64,000 nt of DNA from Raillietiella orientalis. Its lineage: Eukaryota. Of the stretch, positions 22,201-36,900 are shown piece by piece. The notes below the pieces were generated by a model that was given only the letters and a program-made list of their open reading frames with translations, did no database searches and had not been told where the DNA came from. The position numbers and the translations under genes were made by a program. The stretch covers positions 310,001 through 374,000 of the forward strand of contig JAYWIR010000055.1 in NCBI GenBank assembly GCA_036172245.1, in the 5' to 3' direction. Position 1 is the stretch's first letter, and every line of letters starts with the position of its first letter.

Positions 22201-23994
22201 CCCTTTTTCCCCAGTCTACCCCTGCCGATCAGTCCACCCGAAGGGTCGTCCCGGGACTTCTCCCCCTGTCAGAGGGCAGCATCAGCGTGGTGTGGGGTCG
22301 ATCTCATCAAATTTGAGCGGAGGGAAGGGGAGGTCCACCCCGGCTTGGAGTTCCGAGGCGGCCCTCAGGCAATCAACGTCTGGTCTCGAGGGGAGCCACC
22401 CCAAAGAGCGACTTCGTGGATTGGACCCCTGCAGGCGAACACCGACGATCTCCGAGCGGGCTCTGGCTTCGAGGAAATCCACCGCGCGAAGCTCCCAGGA
22501 GTTTGGTGCTGGGAGAGTTCGACGAGTGGGGCGAGGTGGTCAGACCGCTGGAACTAGGGCCGCTCTGCCCTGAGAACATGCGCCTGGAAACCTGGCGCTC
22601 CTCGGCAACCGTTCCGTGCTTGGCACCAGCCAGACCGGAACTTTGCAGGCTCCTCAGTGCCCCCGAAGGGCCGGACGAGCTCGCGTCCAGGACCCTCCCC
22701 TCGAGTCACGTGATCACCGCGCTCCCGGAACTCGGCGCTGCGGGGCTCAGAAGGAGGGTCTCCATCCCAGACACCTAGTCTCAAGAATTCGGAGAGGGAG
22801 TGGGTGGGTGGTGAGGGCCGAAATGACCCCAGAAAAGGCATTCTGGGTTGACCTTTTGGGTGGCCTAGGTGTGCTCGGGGCGGAGGCACGGTCATCGAGA
22901 TCAATGAGGAGGAGCAGGGCCATGGGAAAACGCGCTTCGGGGGGGAGGGGGAGGTCTGGCTTACTCCTCCGCCCAGGGGTACAACCAGATGCTCGGGATT
23001 TTCGAGAAGGAACCCCGGGAAGGTCAGGGACGTCCCCAGAGGGCGATCTCTTGACCTGGTAGCAGAACGCAGTCAGCAGGGAAGGAAGGATGCTGGGTGC
23101 GCTTTGAGAGAGCTGGAGAGCGGGCGGGCAGCGCCCGATGCTGTTCGGAAAGTCCAGCGACGTCACCACAGCCCCTGGAGGGAGGCAGCTCGTGCGTGGT
23201 CGAGACCGAGGGTGGCACCCTCGAGGAGTCCCGGTGGAAAAGAGGGGAAGAGGAGGTACCCCGGGACGCCCTCCGGAGGTCTGGGCGACTGCTCCCTCCG
23301 GAGGGAGAGGAGACCATGTTATTTGCCGTTTCCCCGGAGGTCCCGTCTGCCCATGTCGCTGTCCCCCTACCGACCCCTGATGGGTCCCTAGGGGTGCGGG
23401 GAGAGGCGCACTCCAGCCTCGTCCAGGGCAAAAGGGGTCGACTGCGGCTGCGGACGGCAAGCGAGCCCTCTTGTGTCCCGAAGGCGATGGCTCGGCCTCC
23501 AGGAGGCAGGGCGCCTCAGGGCCCGAGAGGCATCAGGTCTCGCGAGTCGGCTGCTGAGAGTGACGCGGCCCTCGACCACCTGCGCCGAAGAGTCGACCAG
23601 AACGAAGGTGCCTTCCGGCACCGTAGTAAAGGGGCGGGCGGATCCCGCTGCTCCCGGCGACTCCCGGAGGAACCTGGGAAGATCCCTCTGCCGATGGACG
23701 AGGGCTCCCTCCTCGCCGCGGTCCATGCCCGGAAGTCAGGTGGTCTGCCCTACCCCTTCGGACCTGACTCCGCAGGGACAGAGGGGTTGGGGCGTCCTAT
23801 CAGGACTCCTCCCCAGTGATGCGTCGCACCACAGCATCCGGCGTACACGGCTCTTTTATTGTCTTCGGCGGTCCTCCATGCGACGGCGCCCTCTCCTCCC
23901 CCGCTTATCCCCCTTTCTTCTTTCCGGCCCTTCGGGAGGGTTCCGGAGGGAGACCGCCGCCGCGCGCCCCGTCTCCTGGGTGAGGGGACCTCCA

Positions 23995-24590
23995 TCAGCT
24001 ACTGATGTCCGTCCAGAAGGTCTCCTTGCTCTGCACGATGGTCCCTCTACGCGACGGGATCAAGTCGGTGATGGCCACCTTCCCGGTACGCTCTCGCACC
24101 CTACCTGAAGCTCACCGACCCCGATTTCCCAGGGGGCGGCTTCCACAGGAGCTGTATGCTGTCCTTCTTGGAGTTGTCCGTGTGCGTGGCGGCACTGCAC
24201 TTGTCGATGACCTTGATCCCTTCAATGGGCTGGAAGCTGCCCAAGGGCTCCTTGGTGGCGGGGTCCACCGCCTGCACGAGGAGCCCCCGGAAAGGTTCCC
24301 CGGCACTCCCATGGACGTCCACTGGGGGACCGGGGAGAGGGGGGGGGCCTTCGTCCCCAAAGGGTTGGTGGCTCCCTCCTACCGGTTATGAGTCCCTGAT
24401 CCGAGGAGTAGGTCGTGGCGTTGGCCTCGATGACGTAGGGGTTGGTGTTCCTGGGTTGCTCGCCAGTGCCGTGCTGAGGGGTGAACACCCCGTCAGCGCT
24501 CTCGCACAGGAAGTCTGGTGCTCCCGAAGGGTAGCCGGAGACCAAGACGCACAGGAGGGCGCAGATGGCGGCGGCTGCGCTGGCAGACAT
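23995..24590 (-). CDS. Secreted Reeler-domain (putative defense) protein, 158 aa; exons 24590-24383, 24321-24105, 24046-23995
   Basis: Signal peptide MSASAAAAICALLCVLVSG, then YPSGAP..C....PQHG..PY, FRGLLVQA, GSF, C.AATHT..K..LLWKPP..V.FRGTIVQS.ETFW (Reeler consensus); 61- and 58-nt GT-AG introns in correct phase; AATAAA at 23860-23855. Confidence 0.9.
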
Positions 24591-24921
24591 GGCGCCCGGT
24601 CGCTTTCCCTGGAAGCGACTCGCCCTGTCAGGAGGACGTCCTAGCGGCGCCACCCTTCTCCGGAGGGACGGCGGTGCGCCTGCCCCGTCGCCCTTCCCGT
24701 AAGGACGCGCGGCGCGGGGCATCGTCCGCCCCACACCCCTCCCCTCTGCCCCACCACTTTCCCTCCCGAGCGGGACGCCGCCGACGGCTCGAGCACTCGC
24801 GGAGAGGCGCGCGCGTTTGCGTCCCCCGGGCGGCCGACGCCCCTCCTCGGGAGCGACCTCGAGGGAGCGCCGGACGCCTGACGGATTCTCTCGGACGTGC
24901 TCCGGCGACGACCGTCCCCTC

Positions 24922-24931
24922 CTTTTATATA
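24922..24931 (-). promoter_or_regulatory. TATA box of the Reeler-domain gene
   Basis: TATATAAAAG on the minus strand ~330 nt upstream of the ATG in otherwise very GC-rich DNA. Confidence 0.55.
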
Positions 24932-27900
24932 TGCCCGCGCTTGTCCTTCAGAGCCGCAGGAACAAGAAGCCATTGTTATCGTCTCGCCCCCCCCCCCTCT
25001 CCCCTCCCCTCCCCTCTTCTCTCTTCTCCTCCTCCTTATCAAGCAGATTCGCGCCGGCGGGAAAAGAAAGGCTGATCGCTGGATCCGCGGGAGAGGAGGA
25101 GGGGCGACCCCTGCACCGGGCTCGCCGTCGCCTTGCAAGAGGGATCCGTCCTATCGTTGGGGACAAGGATGAGGGGGGAAGGAGGCGAAGAGAAACGGGG
25201 GGAAAAAAAAGAAGCAAAACAAGGAAAAAAAAAAGATGGCTCCTTGCCGCGACGTTTTCGGCATGCGGATCGGACGCAAAACATCACGTGACCCACTCCG
25301 TTCTTACTTCGGCGCTGCTCCTCTCTTCGAGCTGGCGGGCACGAAGCAGAGCGCAGAAAAAAGATGCAAATAAATAAATAAAACACAAGAGTCGAGTTTC
25401 TCTTTCTTTCTTTTTCTTTTTCTTTTTTTTTTTTTTACAAACAACAGCAGCAGCAGCAGCAGCAACTCCGCGCCTTTCGCCGCTCCCCGTCGAGCACTCT
25501 GAGCACCTCGCCTTGGGCCAACTCGGCGGCCGGAATTTGTGCGCGCCAGGCGGCGGCGCATCCGAGGCAGAGAGCGTGGCTCTGCCTGCCACCAAAGAGC
25601 CGTCGTCCCTTTAAAGGGAAGGAGCGGGAGCAGGGCGATAGGGGGGGGGGGAGAAGGGGACGTTCGAATCTCCTCGGTCGGCCGGGGGGCTGCCGCTTCG
25701 AGACCTCCGCACGCGGACTCGGGGACGTCCGAGAAGAAGTCTGTGCAAGGAAGGGGTGGGAGGGAAGGACCCGTTCCCCATGCCAAAAAGGGTTTGCTGG
25801 GCGGCGGCTCCGTGGTGCCTCCCTGGCAGTCTGGAAGCAGCGGCAGCCTGGGGTGTCGTCCGCAGCCCTCACTTCATCTCTCCGGCCGGAGGAACCCGGG
25901 GGCGGTCGTCCCAAGGAGCTGATCGGAGGCGCGTGCGCATCATGGCGAACCGGGGGGGGGGGGACGAGCCGTGGACAGCACTCCGGCTCGTCAGATTGCA
26001 GCCCGTCTCCCTGGAAACGACAGCTACATCCCGGTCCGGTAGACCGCAGCTGCGCTTCTATCGCTCGCAGCCGCCGAGGTTCTCCGTAAGGGACCTGCTG
26101 GGGTGAATGGACAGGGCCGGGCCCGCCCGCCCTATCCCCAGATGCAAGAGAGCACGTGCCGCGTTGCCCCACCGGGGCGCCCCACACCGCGTGCCAGCTC
26201 TGCCAGGGACCCACCCGACTCCTCGAGATCTTTGACCTCTCCGCAGGCCCGCAACATTCCTTGACTTCCGGGAGTCCCCGGGAATCCGAAAGGATGCTGC
26301 TGCCCGCATCCCAAAGAGTATGATGCCCACCCCAGGTCGCCTTGGAAATACGTCGGCGTTGTCACCTCGAAGTCGCGATGCGCAAGCGCAGACTCCCCCT
26401 TGCAGTCCATGCCCCTTGGAGGGGTCCGCGGGTCGTTCCGGGAGGCTCCCTGGCGGCGACCGGGAGCATCGGCATCCGCTGCTGAGCCCGCATGCGCACC
26501 AACACTGGGGGCAGTCGCGGCGGCCCTCGCGCGAAGCCTCGAGCGGGAATTCAGGAGAGGGCCGTCGCCGGCCATTGCCGTGGAAACCGCCGGACCCTGT
26601 CGGCCGTAGAGGAAGCGAATTTTTTTCAACCGCTGGCAGGCCGCTGCTGGGGCTGACGGGGGGGGGGGGGAAGTCGCCTATCCGCCCTTAACGCGGAGTT
26701 AAAAGGTTCGAGGGCGAAGGAGCGGTGCAGCCCTCAGCTAGAGGCGTACTAAGCGACCCGAAGGGTCCCTCGCCCCGGAGACTCTCTCGGCAGAAGAGGC
26801 AGCTCCCCCCCTCCGGACCGCTTCGAGGGACTCGGAGGCTGAGGCCCACGACTACTGGATGGAGGAGCCGCAACTGGACGCCCAAGCCGCGCCGAGGGTT
26901 GGCGCTTCGGAAGGGATGGGTGGTGTGAGAGCATCTTCTCCCCTCCCCCGCAGGTGCGGATCCGGGGGCCGCTCACGAAGCGGGAGGTCTTTCCCAAGCG
27001 CGTGCGTCCTCTTCACGGAGTCCACCTGCTTCGCTCCCTTTCTGGAGGGCGGCTTCATCCATCAAGATGGGGATCCGAACAGATCGCGCCGAGCCAGGAG
27101 GACACCCGAGGCACCCCGGTATCCCGGGAGACGTCCGGATGCGGACTCGCGGTGTGATGGATGCGCTGCCAGGGTTTGTTTTCGCGCTCGACGGGCGTCC
27201 ACCAGCCGAAGCCGGCAGCACCGCCGCCACTGTGCTCTCCGCAGGTCGGACTGGGGCGCGCGCGGGCGGTCCCTCATCGCCCGCTCCTCCTATCCCATGC
27301 GTCGGCAGAGTTCTCTGGGACCGCCGCCCCCTTCCGGATGTTTGGAGAGGCGCCTCCGAAATACGGCTGTGCACGGAGGGCACCTGCGGCTGTGTGGGGA
27401 CGGACGTCCTCGGCGTTCGGAGGCAACGGAGGCGGCACGCGTCGCCTCGGCAACGGCGTTCGGCCGCGGACCCGGCGCAGCGCCTCGAAGGAAGCTGACC
27501 CTACAGCAGCACCCACATCCTTGAGCTGCTTGCTGGCGTCGTAAACATCCGAAAGAAAGAAAGAAAAAAGAGATAAGGATCGCGGGGTCCCGCGCCCATT
27601 CGGCAGGGGAATTCCGACGCGCTGATGATTTCCCTTTTGACCGTGTGACGCCACGCTGACGTGAGCGGTCTCCGAGGAAACAGTGAGCAGCGCGAACAGT
27701 CCCCCCCCCCCCCCCTCGTGGCGCGAGTGGAGCGGCGCGCTGTTGGCCGCTGCTCGGATGGCGGCGTTGGTTTTCTGGCGCGAGCCTCGCGAACGGATTC
27801 GTTCCCAGCTGATCCGAGTTCCCCTGGAGACGGCCTCGGTAGCGGCCGTTCCTCCGGGCTCGGCGAGCGCGAGGAGGCGCCCAGCAAGGGCGGAAAAGGA

Positions 27901-30900
27901 GGGCAGTGGGGGAGGGGGGGAAGGGGAAGAGACGCGAAGTTTTTCGGCCGAGGGGCGTCGACGGACCGGTTTCGTGGAGGGCGCAAAAAGCCGCCGCCAA
28001 CCAGAGGCCGCCGGCGGTTCCCGCCTGACGACAGTCGAGAGGAGCTTCTAGTGGGAGGAGTCGTGAGGGGGAGGGAGGGAGCGCGCTGGGAGACGCTTCC
28101 GCGCTGCAAGGAGAGGGGCGGGCGCGGACCAGACCGGATGCGAAGTACGTGCGTCTCGCGGTTCTAGGGGTCGCTCGGGAAGGGGGGAGCAGCGAGGACT
28201 CGCCGGTAGGGGCGCCCACAGACCTCCCCGTCTCAGGGACGAAAAGCCGGCCCCGGGACGACTCTGCCTTTTCGACCAGGACCCTTCTGCCCACTCGCCA
28301 GAGCCGATCCTCGAACGGGTTCGGGGTCGCGCGTAGCGCCACCAAGGCGACCTCCAGGACGGGGTTGCCTCTTCGCGGCTTCCCCGAGGGCCTCAGGAAC
28401 AGGGAGAGACCCTCGGGGCAGAAGGCGCCTTCTACCCCTGTTGACCCCGGGGTCAGCAAGCGGTCCCGGTCTCATCTCAGTAGCATACCTCGGGAGTTTT
28501 CCCACTTCCCCTCACCTTTTCCGTGGCCAAACCTAAGCTAACGCTCCCTCAATTCAGGAGCAGTCGCCCTTTCTCAGGATTCCTAGGGTCACTGTGGGGT
28601 CATTTCGGTGACTCTGGTACCGGAGCGCCCATCGCCCTCGACTTCCCCGGCACGCCCCCAACGGGAGGTTCGCAGGGTCTGCTGCGGTCGATCGGCTCGC
28701 TGGTGACCTCTGCGTCGAGTCACCACCGACGGGCAGGATCCCGGGCTGCACCCGGAGGCTGCAGAGGTCGAAGGTGACGAGCGAGTTGCACCCACCCTTG
28801 GATTGCAGGCGAGTCGCGCTCCGCATGCGTGCATGCACGTGGGGGGCAGGAGTGCCCGCGTGACACTACCAAGGGCGGCCCATCCGTCTGCCCGCCCCCA
28901 CGCGATGGCCGGTCCAGGAGCCGGATGAGCATTCCCGCCCACACTTCCCGTGACCGCCTCCGCGGGAGCTGGGAGCAGCATCCTTTGCCACTCCCTGGGA
29001 CGACTGGGCGCTGCGGTCCGACCCACGCTGATCGTCCTTGCCACCTCCCCCCGCTGCCCGGAAGGGAGGGAAGGGGGCAGGAAGAAGTCGGAAGTCAGGG
29101 GACCGCCATCGGAGGGAGGAGGAGGGAGGAGTCTCCTCTCCCTCCTGAGCGAGACCGTTCCAGGCGTGCCGTTTCCACCTTCCTGCCGTTTCCTGCAAAT
29201 CCTCGCCTTCTGCCGGCCGGTTCGGCCATGAGCGCCACCTTGCCGGGAGCGCACTCGGCAACAATGGTGACGTCAGGGCGGCGCCAAGGCAAAAAGACCG
29301 AAGGCGGGAAGCACGTGCGCCCCTTCCCGCTTTCGCTCCCCTTCCCGTGGTCCGCTCCTCCAGCTTCGAAAAAAAATCTGGAAGGCTCCCCCCCTCCCCT
29401 CCTGCGCGCTCGTGCGCGCGCGGGCGTGTTGGTGTTTTTTCCCCTCCCCTTTTCGAGTTCGAGGCGGGAAGTCGGCGCTCGTAAATCTTCGCTCTCCGAC
29501 CGCTCCCTTCGCGGGCCGGCGAGATTTCTCGCGCCGTGGACACGCGGTTTCCAAGGCCTTGCGGAATCTCCGGTCACGCTCGGCCTGCAACAGGTAGGAT
29601 GGCCTGCCTCCGCCTGCCCCCGGGGGGCGCGCCGCGCGTCGGGCCCGGCAAGCGCTCCCCTCAGCGGGAAACCTCCCGAGGGCCGCCGCCGCATCTCCAC
29701 GCCGCCAAAGTCGGACCTTTCCGCGTTGCGTTCGGGCACGCCGTTCCACGCGAGCCACACGTGGACCGCGGGAGAATTTCCCTGTCGGGGCCCGGGCAGG
29801 CGTGCCGAACGGGCGCGTTTTTCATGGCAGGACGATGGGCGTCGGAGGTGCCAGGGGTGAACTGCCGTTGGGGAGGGAGGCGAGGTACCGGAACGGCGGC
29901 GGCGGCGGTTGCCATGCGCACCATCCCGACTCGGCGTGGTGTGGCCGTCTCCACGCGCGAAGCTGTGCGTCGCTCGTGAAGGGGTGCGTCGGTGACGAGG
30001 GGATGCGAAGGGAGGGTCGATGCGCGCGCGCCAGTGCGCCAACCATCCTTCCGAGATCACCGGTGGCGCTCAGCCGGCTTTCGCGGTGCCCTTCGCGTCT
30101 TCGGGCTCTCTCATTCTGGGCCGTCACCGTGCCGGCGCCGCCGTCACGCGAACCCGTGATCGGCGTGCGGATGGACGCGTCATCGCGCAGGCGTCCTCGG
30201 TTGCCGAGCCTGCGCCCAGCTGGGGGCAGGACCGCTCTGCTCCCTGGAAAACCTCGCCGCCTCCGCTGCCCCCTCCCCCCTCCCTGACCCGGGGGCAGGG
30301 CGAGAGGCCCGTCCCCGCGAACCCTCAAGTGAGGTCGCCTTTTCTCCGGTAGGTGGAGCAATCCTCGTGTCAGTCGAAGGTCGGCCGACCCCTTCCGAGT
30401 TGTGCCCCCTCCATGTTTCGCCGTGGACAAGCGCGCGGGGGGCCGGGAGAAAGCTGCCGGCCTGCCTCGACCGGACTCGAGGTGGGAAGTGCGGGGCCCT
30501 CCGGGTGTTTCCACGGAAACACCCGGAGAAGGCACCAGCAAGGCGGCGAGGGCGCGCAGGGAGGTGCCAGTAGCTCCCACCCTCTTCTAGAGCCAGTGTT
30601 GCAGCACCTAGTGGCGCCGCCTGCTCAGCGCCTCTCGACGGGAACCACCACGCAACGATGAGGGAGGCGCATCTTCCCTAGCCGCCCCCCACATCCGCCC
30701 CCGCGCGGGGTGCGCGTCCAGTGGCGCCTCCCTTCCTCCGCCCGTTGTCCTCGGGAGGTGCAGACAGTGCCGCCATCCCGCAGCTGGGTCGCCCATTCAC
30801 GGAAATGCTTGGCTTGGCTACCCGACCCTAGCGTTGCGCCATTCCCCAGCTTCCCTTGAGGCAGTGGGCCCGCCTACACAGCTCCTCCCGAGCTGTAGCG

Positions 30901-33900
30901 GGTTCGGAAGGGCCCTTCGACCCTCCGTGGTTCGCGTGTTCTGGGTGGCGCCCAATTCGCCCCACTCTCCGGCGCTTCCGGCCTCCTCAAGTCCTTTGAC
31001 GCGGCGACGCACGAGCAGGCGCGCTTCCTGCCCCTGGAGGATCCCGCCGTTGGGAGGTCCTTCAGGGGCAAGGGTGCCCCGCGCGCCTTCAGCGCCGACC
31101 TCCCGCTGCTGCCTCGGGGAAGGGTCAAGCGATCGACAGATGGCAGGCTGACCTCCCTGGAACGGCGATACCCCCGCCGTCATACGCGCGAAAACATCGT
31201 CCTGGCGTGTAAACTGGGCTTTCGAGGAGGACCCCGGCCCATCTATACCCATCGCCCTTGGGGGTCAGCTGCTCGCCTTGCTGCGCAGCGGAGGGCGCCC
31301 CCCTCCACCCCGCAAGAGGACGCTTGTCTCCAGGGAAAACGCCTGTGTGGGGCACAGGACGCAACCCCCTCGGGCCGCTGGTGCGGGTGCATTCCCGGCC
31401 TGCCTTCTGCTGCCCCGGGGGTCCCGCCCAGAGCCGCTCACCCATCCTCTGCCGTCTCGAAGATTGTCATCCGTCGCGAGAGGCGCGCCCTTTGGTTCCG
31501 GGAGGAAGAGGCCCCCAGTGTTCCCGGGAGCGATCTAGAGTCCGGCCCTGTCTCTCAGCACAGGTGGTCCTGGGAGTCACGTGGCTCCTGCGCCCATGAC
31601 ACCTCCGGGTAATGGCACCTCGGCAGACCCCTTCTCTCTGCTTTTCTCCTCTCCTCTCGGCAGCGACCCTTCTCAAGACCGAGGGCCCATCCGGACTAGG
31701 AGGCCCACGACGGCGTGACCTCCGTGGCCATCTCGCCGCCGGTGCGGAGGGCATTCCCCTCACGGGACGAGACCAGGGTCTGGGACACTCGTCCGCGCTT
31801 CGCGGGGCAGCAGCCCTCACTGCCCGCAGTCATCTGGCAGCGCCCCTGGCGGTGAGGGAGACGAAAACGACCGGTGCACGGGATAGCCGCTGCCCCCGGG
31901 CCGGATCGGGGCCCCTCGCCGCCACCACGGAGAGGGAAGTGCCCGAGCGTGAGGGGCCTTTTTTTCCTCCCCCCCTCCCAGAGGGGAGTCGGATCCTCCC
32001 TCCCCAGAGAGGTAGAGGGTCTGTTAGGGCAGAACGAGGAAGGGCCTCAGTGCTTCCGGGAGCTCGGGAACTCAGAGAAGGGAGGGAGGAAATCAGGTGA
32101 TGGAATTGGAGAGCCTCCTCCGGGATGAGACGCCTTCGAATGCTCCCAGCCCTCCATGGGGGTCCCGCTTTGACGATCTGCAGAAGCGTTGGCGCCGGTG
32201 GCGTCTCGGGGGAGCTCAGAGGGCACCGATGCACCCGGGTCCTCGCGAAAGCATCCTAGGGTACGCCTCCGGCGCTCCTGTGCCTACCTACTGGCTCCTC
32301 TGCTGGCGCTAACCGGAAGGGGGCTGCATGAAGGGGCGCCGATGGTTCGGGTCGGCTCTCTGCGGAGGGAACTCGGAGAAGACCCCCACGCACCTGAACG
32401 AAGAGAGCATCAACAAAGGGGAGCTGCAGTGGCGCCCCTGCGCCATTTACTCTGCATCCCACCCCTTCCTCTGACTGATGCCCGGAGCTCTTTCCGGCTT
32501 GGGCCCTGCGCCCGCCACAGGGCGAGCCCTCCGGCGGGCGGACAGTCGGTCGTCTTTGAGGGAGAGAGAAATTTGCGCTACGAGGTCGCGTCCTCGCGAA
32601 GAAAGGGAGGGGGAGCGGGTGGACGGGGGCTCACCTCTCCGTCCCCGGCCCCTCGCGTCGTTCGTGGGAGAGGGTGATGGCGCCTTCCCTTCGCTTTCCT
32701 AGAGAGTGGGACGGAGACCATGGAAACCTCGAGGACGCCTAGCCGGCGGGAGGCGGGGGAGGGAAATGGACGGCGGCGAAGGGCGGCCGCGAGCAGTCCT
32801 GCTGCCCGTGCCCTCGGCGCGGCGACCAGGGCGCATTCGCCTCCGCCGCCCTGCGGTGCCGCGCAGAGCCTCCGCATCTCCGCGGGGTGAGCCGCAGAGG
32901 CGCCGCGGTGGCCTCGTTCGGCGGGCGCGACTGCAGCGGCGGCAGCCGGGGGAAGCGCGCGGGGTGCGAAAAGGGAGGAGATAGCAAGAAGGCGGACTCG
33001 CACATGTGTGAAGCGACGTCGGGGCCGCGTGTGGCCCTGGGGACGGTTGTCCGCTCCCATGGATGCGAGGAGCTCGCGGGTGGGAGGGATCCGGGCCGCC
33101 TGCGGCATCGCACCTCTCCTGGTGATGGCGGGCAGGACGCCTCTGCCAGGAGGAAGAGCCCACCGGGTCGTGGGATGGGCCGGGAACTCGCCCCGGAGGA
33201 AGACGAGGGGCGGAGGAGCGATGGAGGTGGTGTGGGGCGGGGGTGGTTTAGGAAGCGCCGGGGCGGTTCAGGAACGCCGCCGTTTTCGTGGGTGGGCGGT
33301 CGCTCCGTGGGCCGCACGAAGGAGGGTCCTACGGCGAGCAGTCCGCGGGTCTCGGAACCTCCGCCTTTCCTGTTCCGATCTCGCCCTCCAGCAAGCGTCC
33401 TCGGAAGGGTCGCCCCTTCTCTGCCCTCCCCCTGCGAAGAGGACGACCGACGCGGAGGACCGGAAGGAGCCCACTTCGAAGGAGGAGTGCAACGGCGACG
33501 CCCTGATGCTGGGAGCGAAGGGCCGGAGTCGCAGCGGGGAGCCCTGCTGACCTCCCCCCCACCACCACCAAGGAGGCCTTTTCGCGCTCGTCGGGAGGAG
33601 CGCCCGCCTCTCTGGAAGAATCAACGCGGGGAAAAGGGCCGGGAAGGGAGGGTGTGGCCGTTATCGGGGTCTCGACCCCCCCCTTCCGCCCCCTTCAATC
33701 CGTGGAAGGATGGGCTGGAAGAAAGGAGATCTCTTGAGCGCGGAGGGAGGGGGGGGGGGTAGGGGAGTCGGGTCGAGACGCCCTCTTGGGGAGCTGTTCC
33801 TCCGTTCCCTGCGGGTCCGAACGGAGGGACGACTTCGCGTGGACGAGCGAAATCCGCCTCCTCCCTGACCCGACGGAGCAGGCGGTCGCGGAACGCATCG

Positions 33901-36900
33901 TGGCCGCTGGCGCGCTCCTGCGTCGCTCGCGAGGACCGGGATCCATCGCGAGTGCACCTCTCCAACCACGCGAGTTCTGCGTATCGACGGCAGATGTCAG
34001 GGGGAGCTCCCAGCCACCTCCGAGCAGGGAGCCTCGAAGCGGCAGCCGCGAGCCCGGGCTGCTGTTTATGCAGTCACCCCGGCCCGCGCGTTCTAATTTC
34101 GTCTTCCACAATTTGTGGTGCTCCAATTTGTTCCATCGTCAAAGAGGCGTGGGGAACAGACCGTTCTTCAGCATGTGCGCGCCTCCCGCGAACGTATCGC
34201 CGCCGCGTGACGTCATAAGTACCGTCAAATTAATGAACATCTGAGGAAACAGGAAGCGTTAGAATACACTGTATCGTCGGGAGACGAGGGAGCGGCGTTG
34301 AGTGGAGCTGCCTGCAGGAGGCGACCGGAAAAGGAACCCTCCACGCCGGAGAGGGGAGCGCTCGCAGCGCATCAAAAAGGAAAGAGAAGAAAAAGGGAAG
34401 AAAGGAACGCACACGCAAATCTTTGCTTTTCCTTCTTTGCGATCCAGAATTTCAAGAGAAGGAAACAAAGGAGGCGGGGACGCGCCATCGCGCGGATCGC
34501 ACCACCTTCCCGATGGCGCGCGCGCCGCTTTGTTTCGCTTTCGCCTCGCCTTTGTTTCCCTCACGCTGCTGGGTGCGTGCGTCGCGCTCTTTGGCGGCGA
34601 GTCGCCTTGCCCGAAGGCGGCGGCGCGGCGAGGAACTTCGGCCGATCCTGGTGCACCGCCACGGTGCGCGCCGCCGCGCACGCACGCACGCACGCACGTG
34701 TCTCTCTCTCTGGCTCGGTCCTTTCCTTTCTCTTCCTGCCTTCGTGACCCCACCCGCGCGCGCGCCCGGCGCCTTCCCGCGGAGGCGACGAGCTGGCTCC
34801 GTTCGCGCCTTCCCCGGAACCCTGCGCCAGTGCCTTCCGCTTCGCTCGCTCGAGGGAGGACGCCACCGGAAGCACCGAGTCAGCAGTGCGCCTTCCTCGG
34901 TGGGTCACCGACCCTCCTCCGTGCCCGCGGCCCCACATACCCCGCGCCCAACAACAACAAACATGTGGCGTGTGGGGTGGGCGAGCCCGCGGCGTCCCAG
35001 TAGCCCGCATCGGCGCCTCTGCCCGCGACGCCTTCGAGGCATCAACAGAAGGTGGAAAGTGCGGTCCGGACAGTGCCGTGACGTCACAGAGCTCTTCGGC
35101 GAGAACACGCGTGGTGGAGACTGGCGAGATGGAGCCACCTTCCCCGTCCGCACCCTCAGAGGGCGGCGATGTGCACCCTGTCGTTTTCAGGGATGACGGT
35201 GGTGCCGCCTCCGGCTGACGGCTGAGGTTCCATCCTGGATGGCCGCCTGGCATCATCCGGGGAGACGCGGCTGCCGTCCTGCCAGTCGGAGTGGAGTCGA
35301 GCAGCAGCAGCAGCGCTCGTGTTCCCAACGCGTGCCTCTCCTCCTCCCTCCATCCACTACGTGCCGACCTGCTGGAAGCATGGTTGCCAGGATCCGACGC
35401 CGAACTCTCGCTCTTGGAGAGGCATTCCCGACCCGGCGTTTCGGAACGGCCGCGCGAGATCCCGTCGGCCTTCCAGGGGAATGGGTGCGTCTGTCCAGGT
35501 CTCGCGACGACCGGCGTTGCCGCCACTGCCGGCGGGTGGCAGCACTTGCCGAGTGCGCCGTGGCGTGCCGACCGCTGCAGCGGGACGCAGAGCGCCCAAA
35601 GGCAGGCGGCAGCGGCCAAAGACGAGGCTACCACTCTTTCCATCTCCTCCTCCTCTCGGCCAAGCAGCGTCCCAACGGGCTCGCCGACCCTGCTCGCGCC
35701 GGCGGCCGACGAGCCCGCGCCAGGGCGCGAACAGAGACGACGTTGCAGCCCGGCTTCCTCTCCCGGGGGACGGCAAGGACTCTGTAGCGGCCGCGAACCT
35801 CACCAGGAGAGGGTTCCCGGACGCGGGATTTGCCTCCGAGGCGGGTGGGAGCCGCTTTGCCCGTCGGACGCCAAAAGGATTGTCCTTCGAGGGTTCCGCT
35901 CCAAGCCGCGCGGCTTCGTCAGCGGGACACCTTCGGAGCTAACCATTCATCCGCCAGGGCCGTTCTCTTCGGAGTCCGCGCTTGGCCGCGCGGGGTCCGC
36001 CTAGGGGCGACCCCTTTCCGCTCCGCTCCCATCCTGCACCCGGGACGGTGGCCGTTAGGGACCCCCGTATTAGTCCGATGCCCCCGAGCAGCGACGAGAC
36101 TGCGCCGTCTCCCCCCTCCTCCACAACTGCAACCAAGGGGGGGAGAGGGGGCGCTGGCGCCTCGAGCAGACCCGCAGGAATCTACGCAAGGCCTCCGACG
36201 CGTGCGTACACGACGACTGGGCCCTCCGGCGCGCCTGATCCACGATCACGCGCGCGCATGAAAGCAGTTCGACAGAGCGGCAGCCCCTGCCGAAAATCGC
36301 CTGGCTCGCGGCATGGCGCCCGCTAAGGACCGCTGTTGGCGGGTCTCTGCCAAGACGAGGCTCCCGCCCTCCTTCCCCAGCACCAGCGGTCTAGGAAACG
36401 GAAACGCTTCCCGCGTCGGGCTTCCCGGGAGAGCGGGAGTCGCGTTTCCGGGCAACCCGTCAGTGCGCGCGCTCTCGCGTTCCGAGCGGAAGGGTGGGGA
36501 GGCTCGCGGCGGCCATGCTGGTTCTTGTCTCCCTTCCCTCCCCCCCCAAGCACGAGCGCCGTTATTTGCAGATGGCGTCGTGGTCACCCCCACCCGCAAC
36601 CCTCAAAGCGAACGCCGCCAGCGCTTTACGGCAGCGCCGCTTCCGTCACCCGCAGGGGCGGCCGAAGTACCCTTTCGAGGGGGAGGGGGAGAGCACCCCC
36701 GACTGCCGGTGCCCGCGGGGCCACCACGGCAGCAGCTGCGACGTCCTGGCCAGCTTCCGGTCCACGCCTCCCTCTCCTGGCAGGGGTGCTGAGCGAGGGC
36801 GCTCCCTTCCCTGCCCTTCGCGACGGGGGCGCTCCGCGGAGCCCTCGGCGAGCTCCATCCGAGAGTGCCGGCCGAGAGGGCGCTGGTATCGCGACCGGAC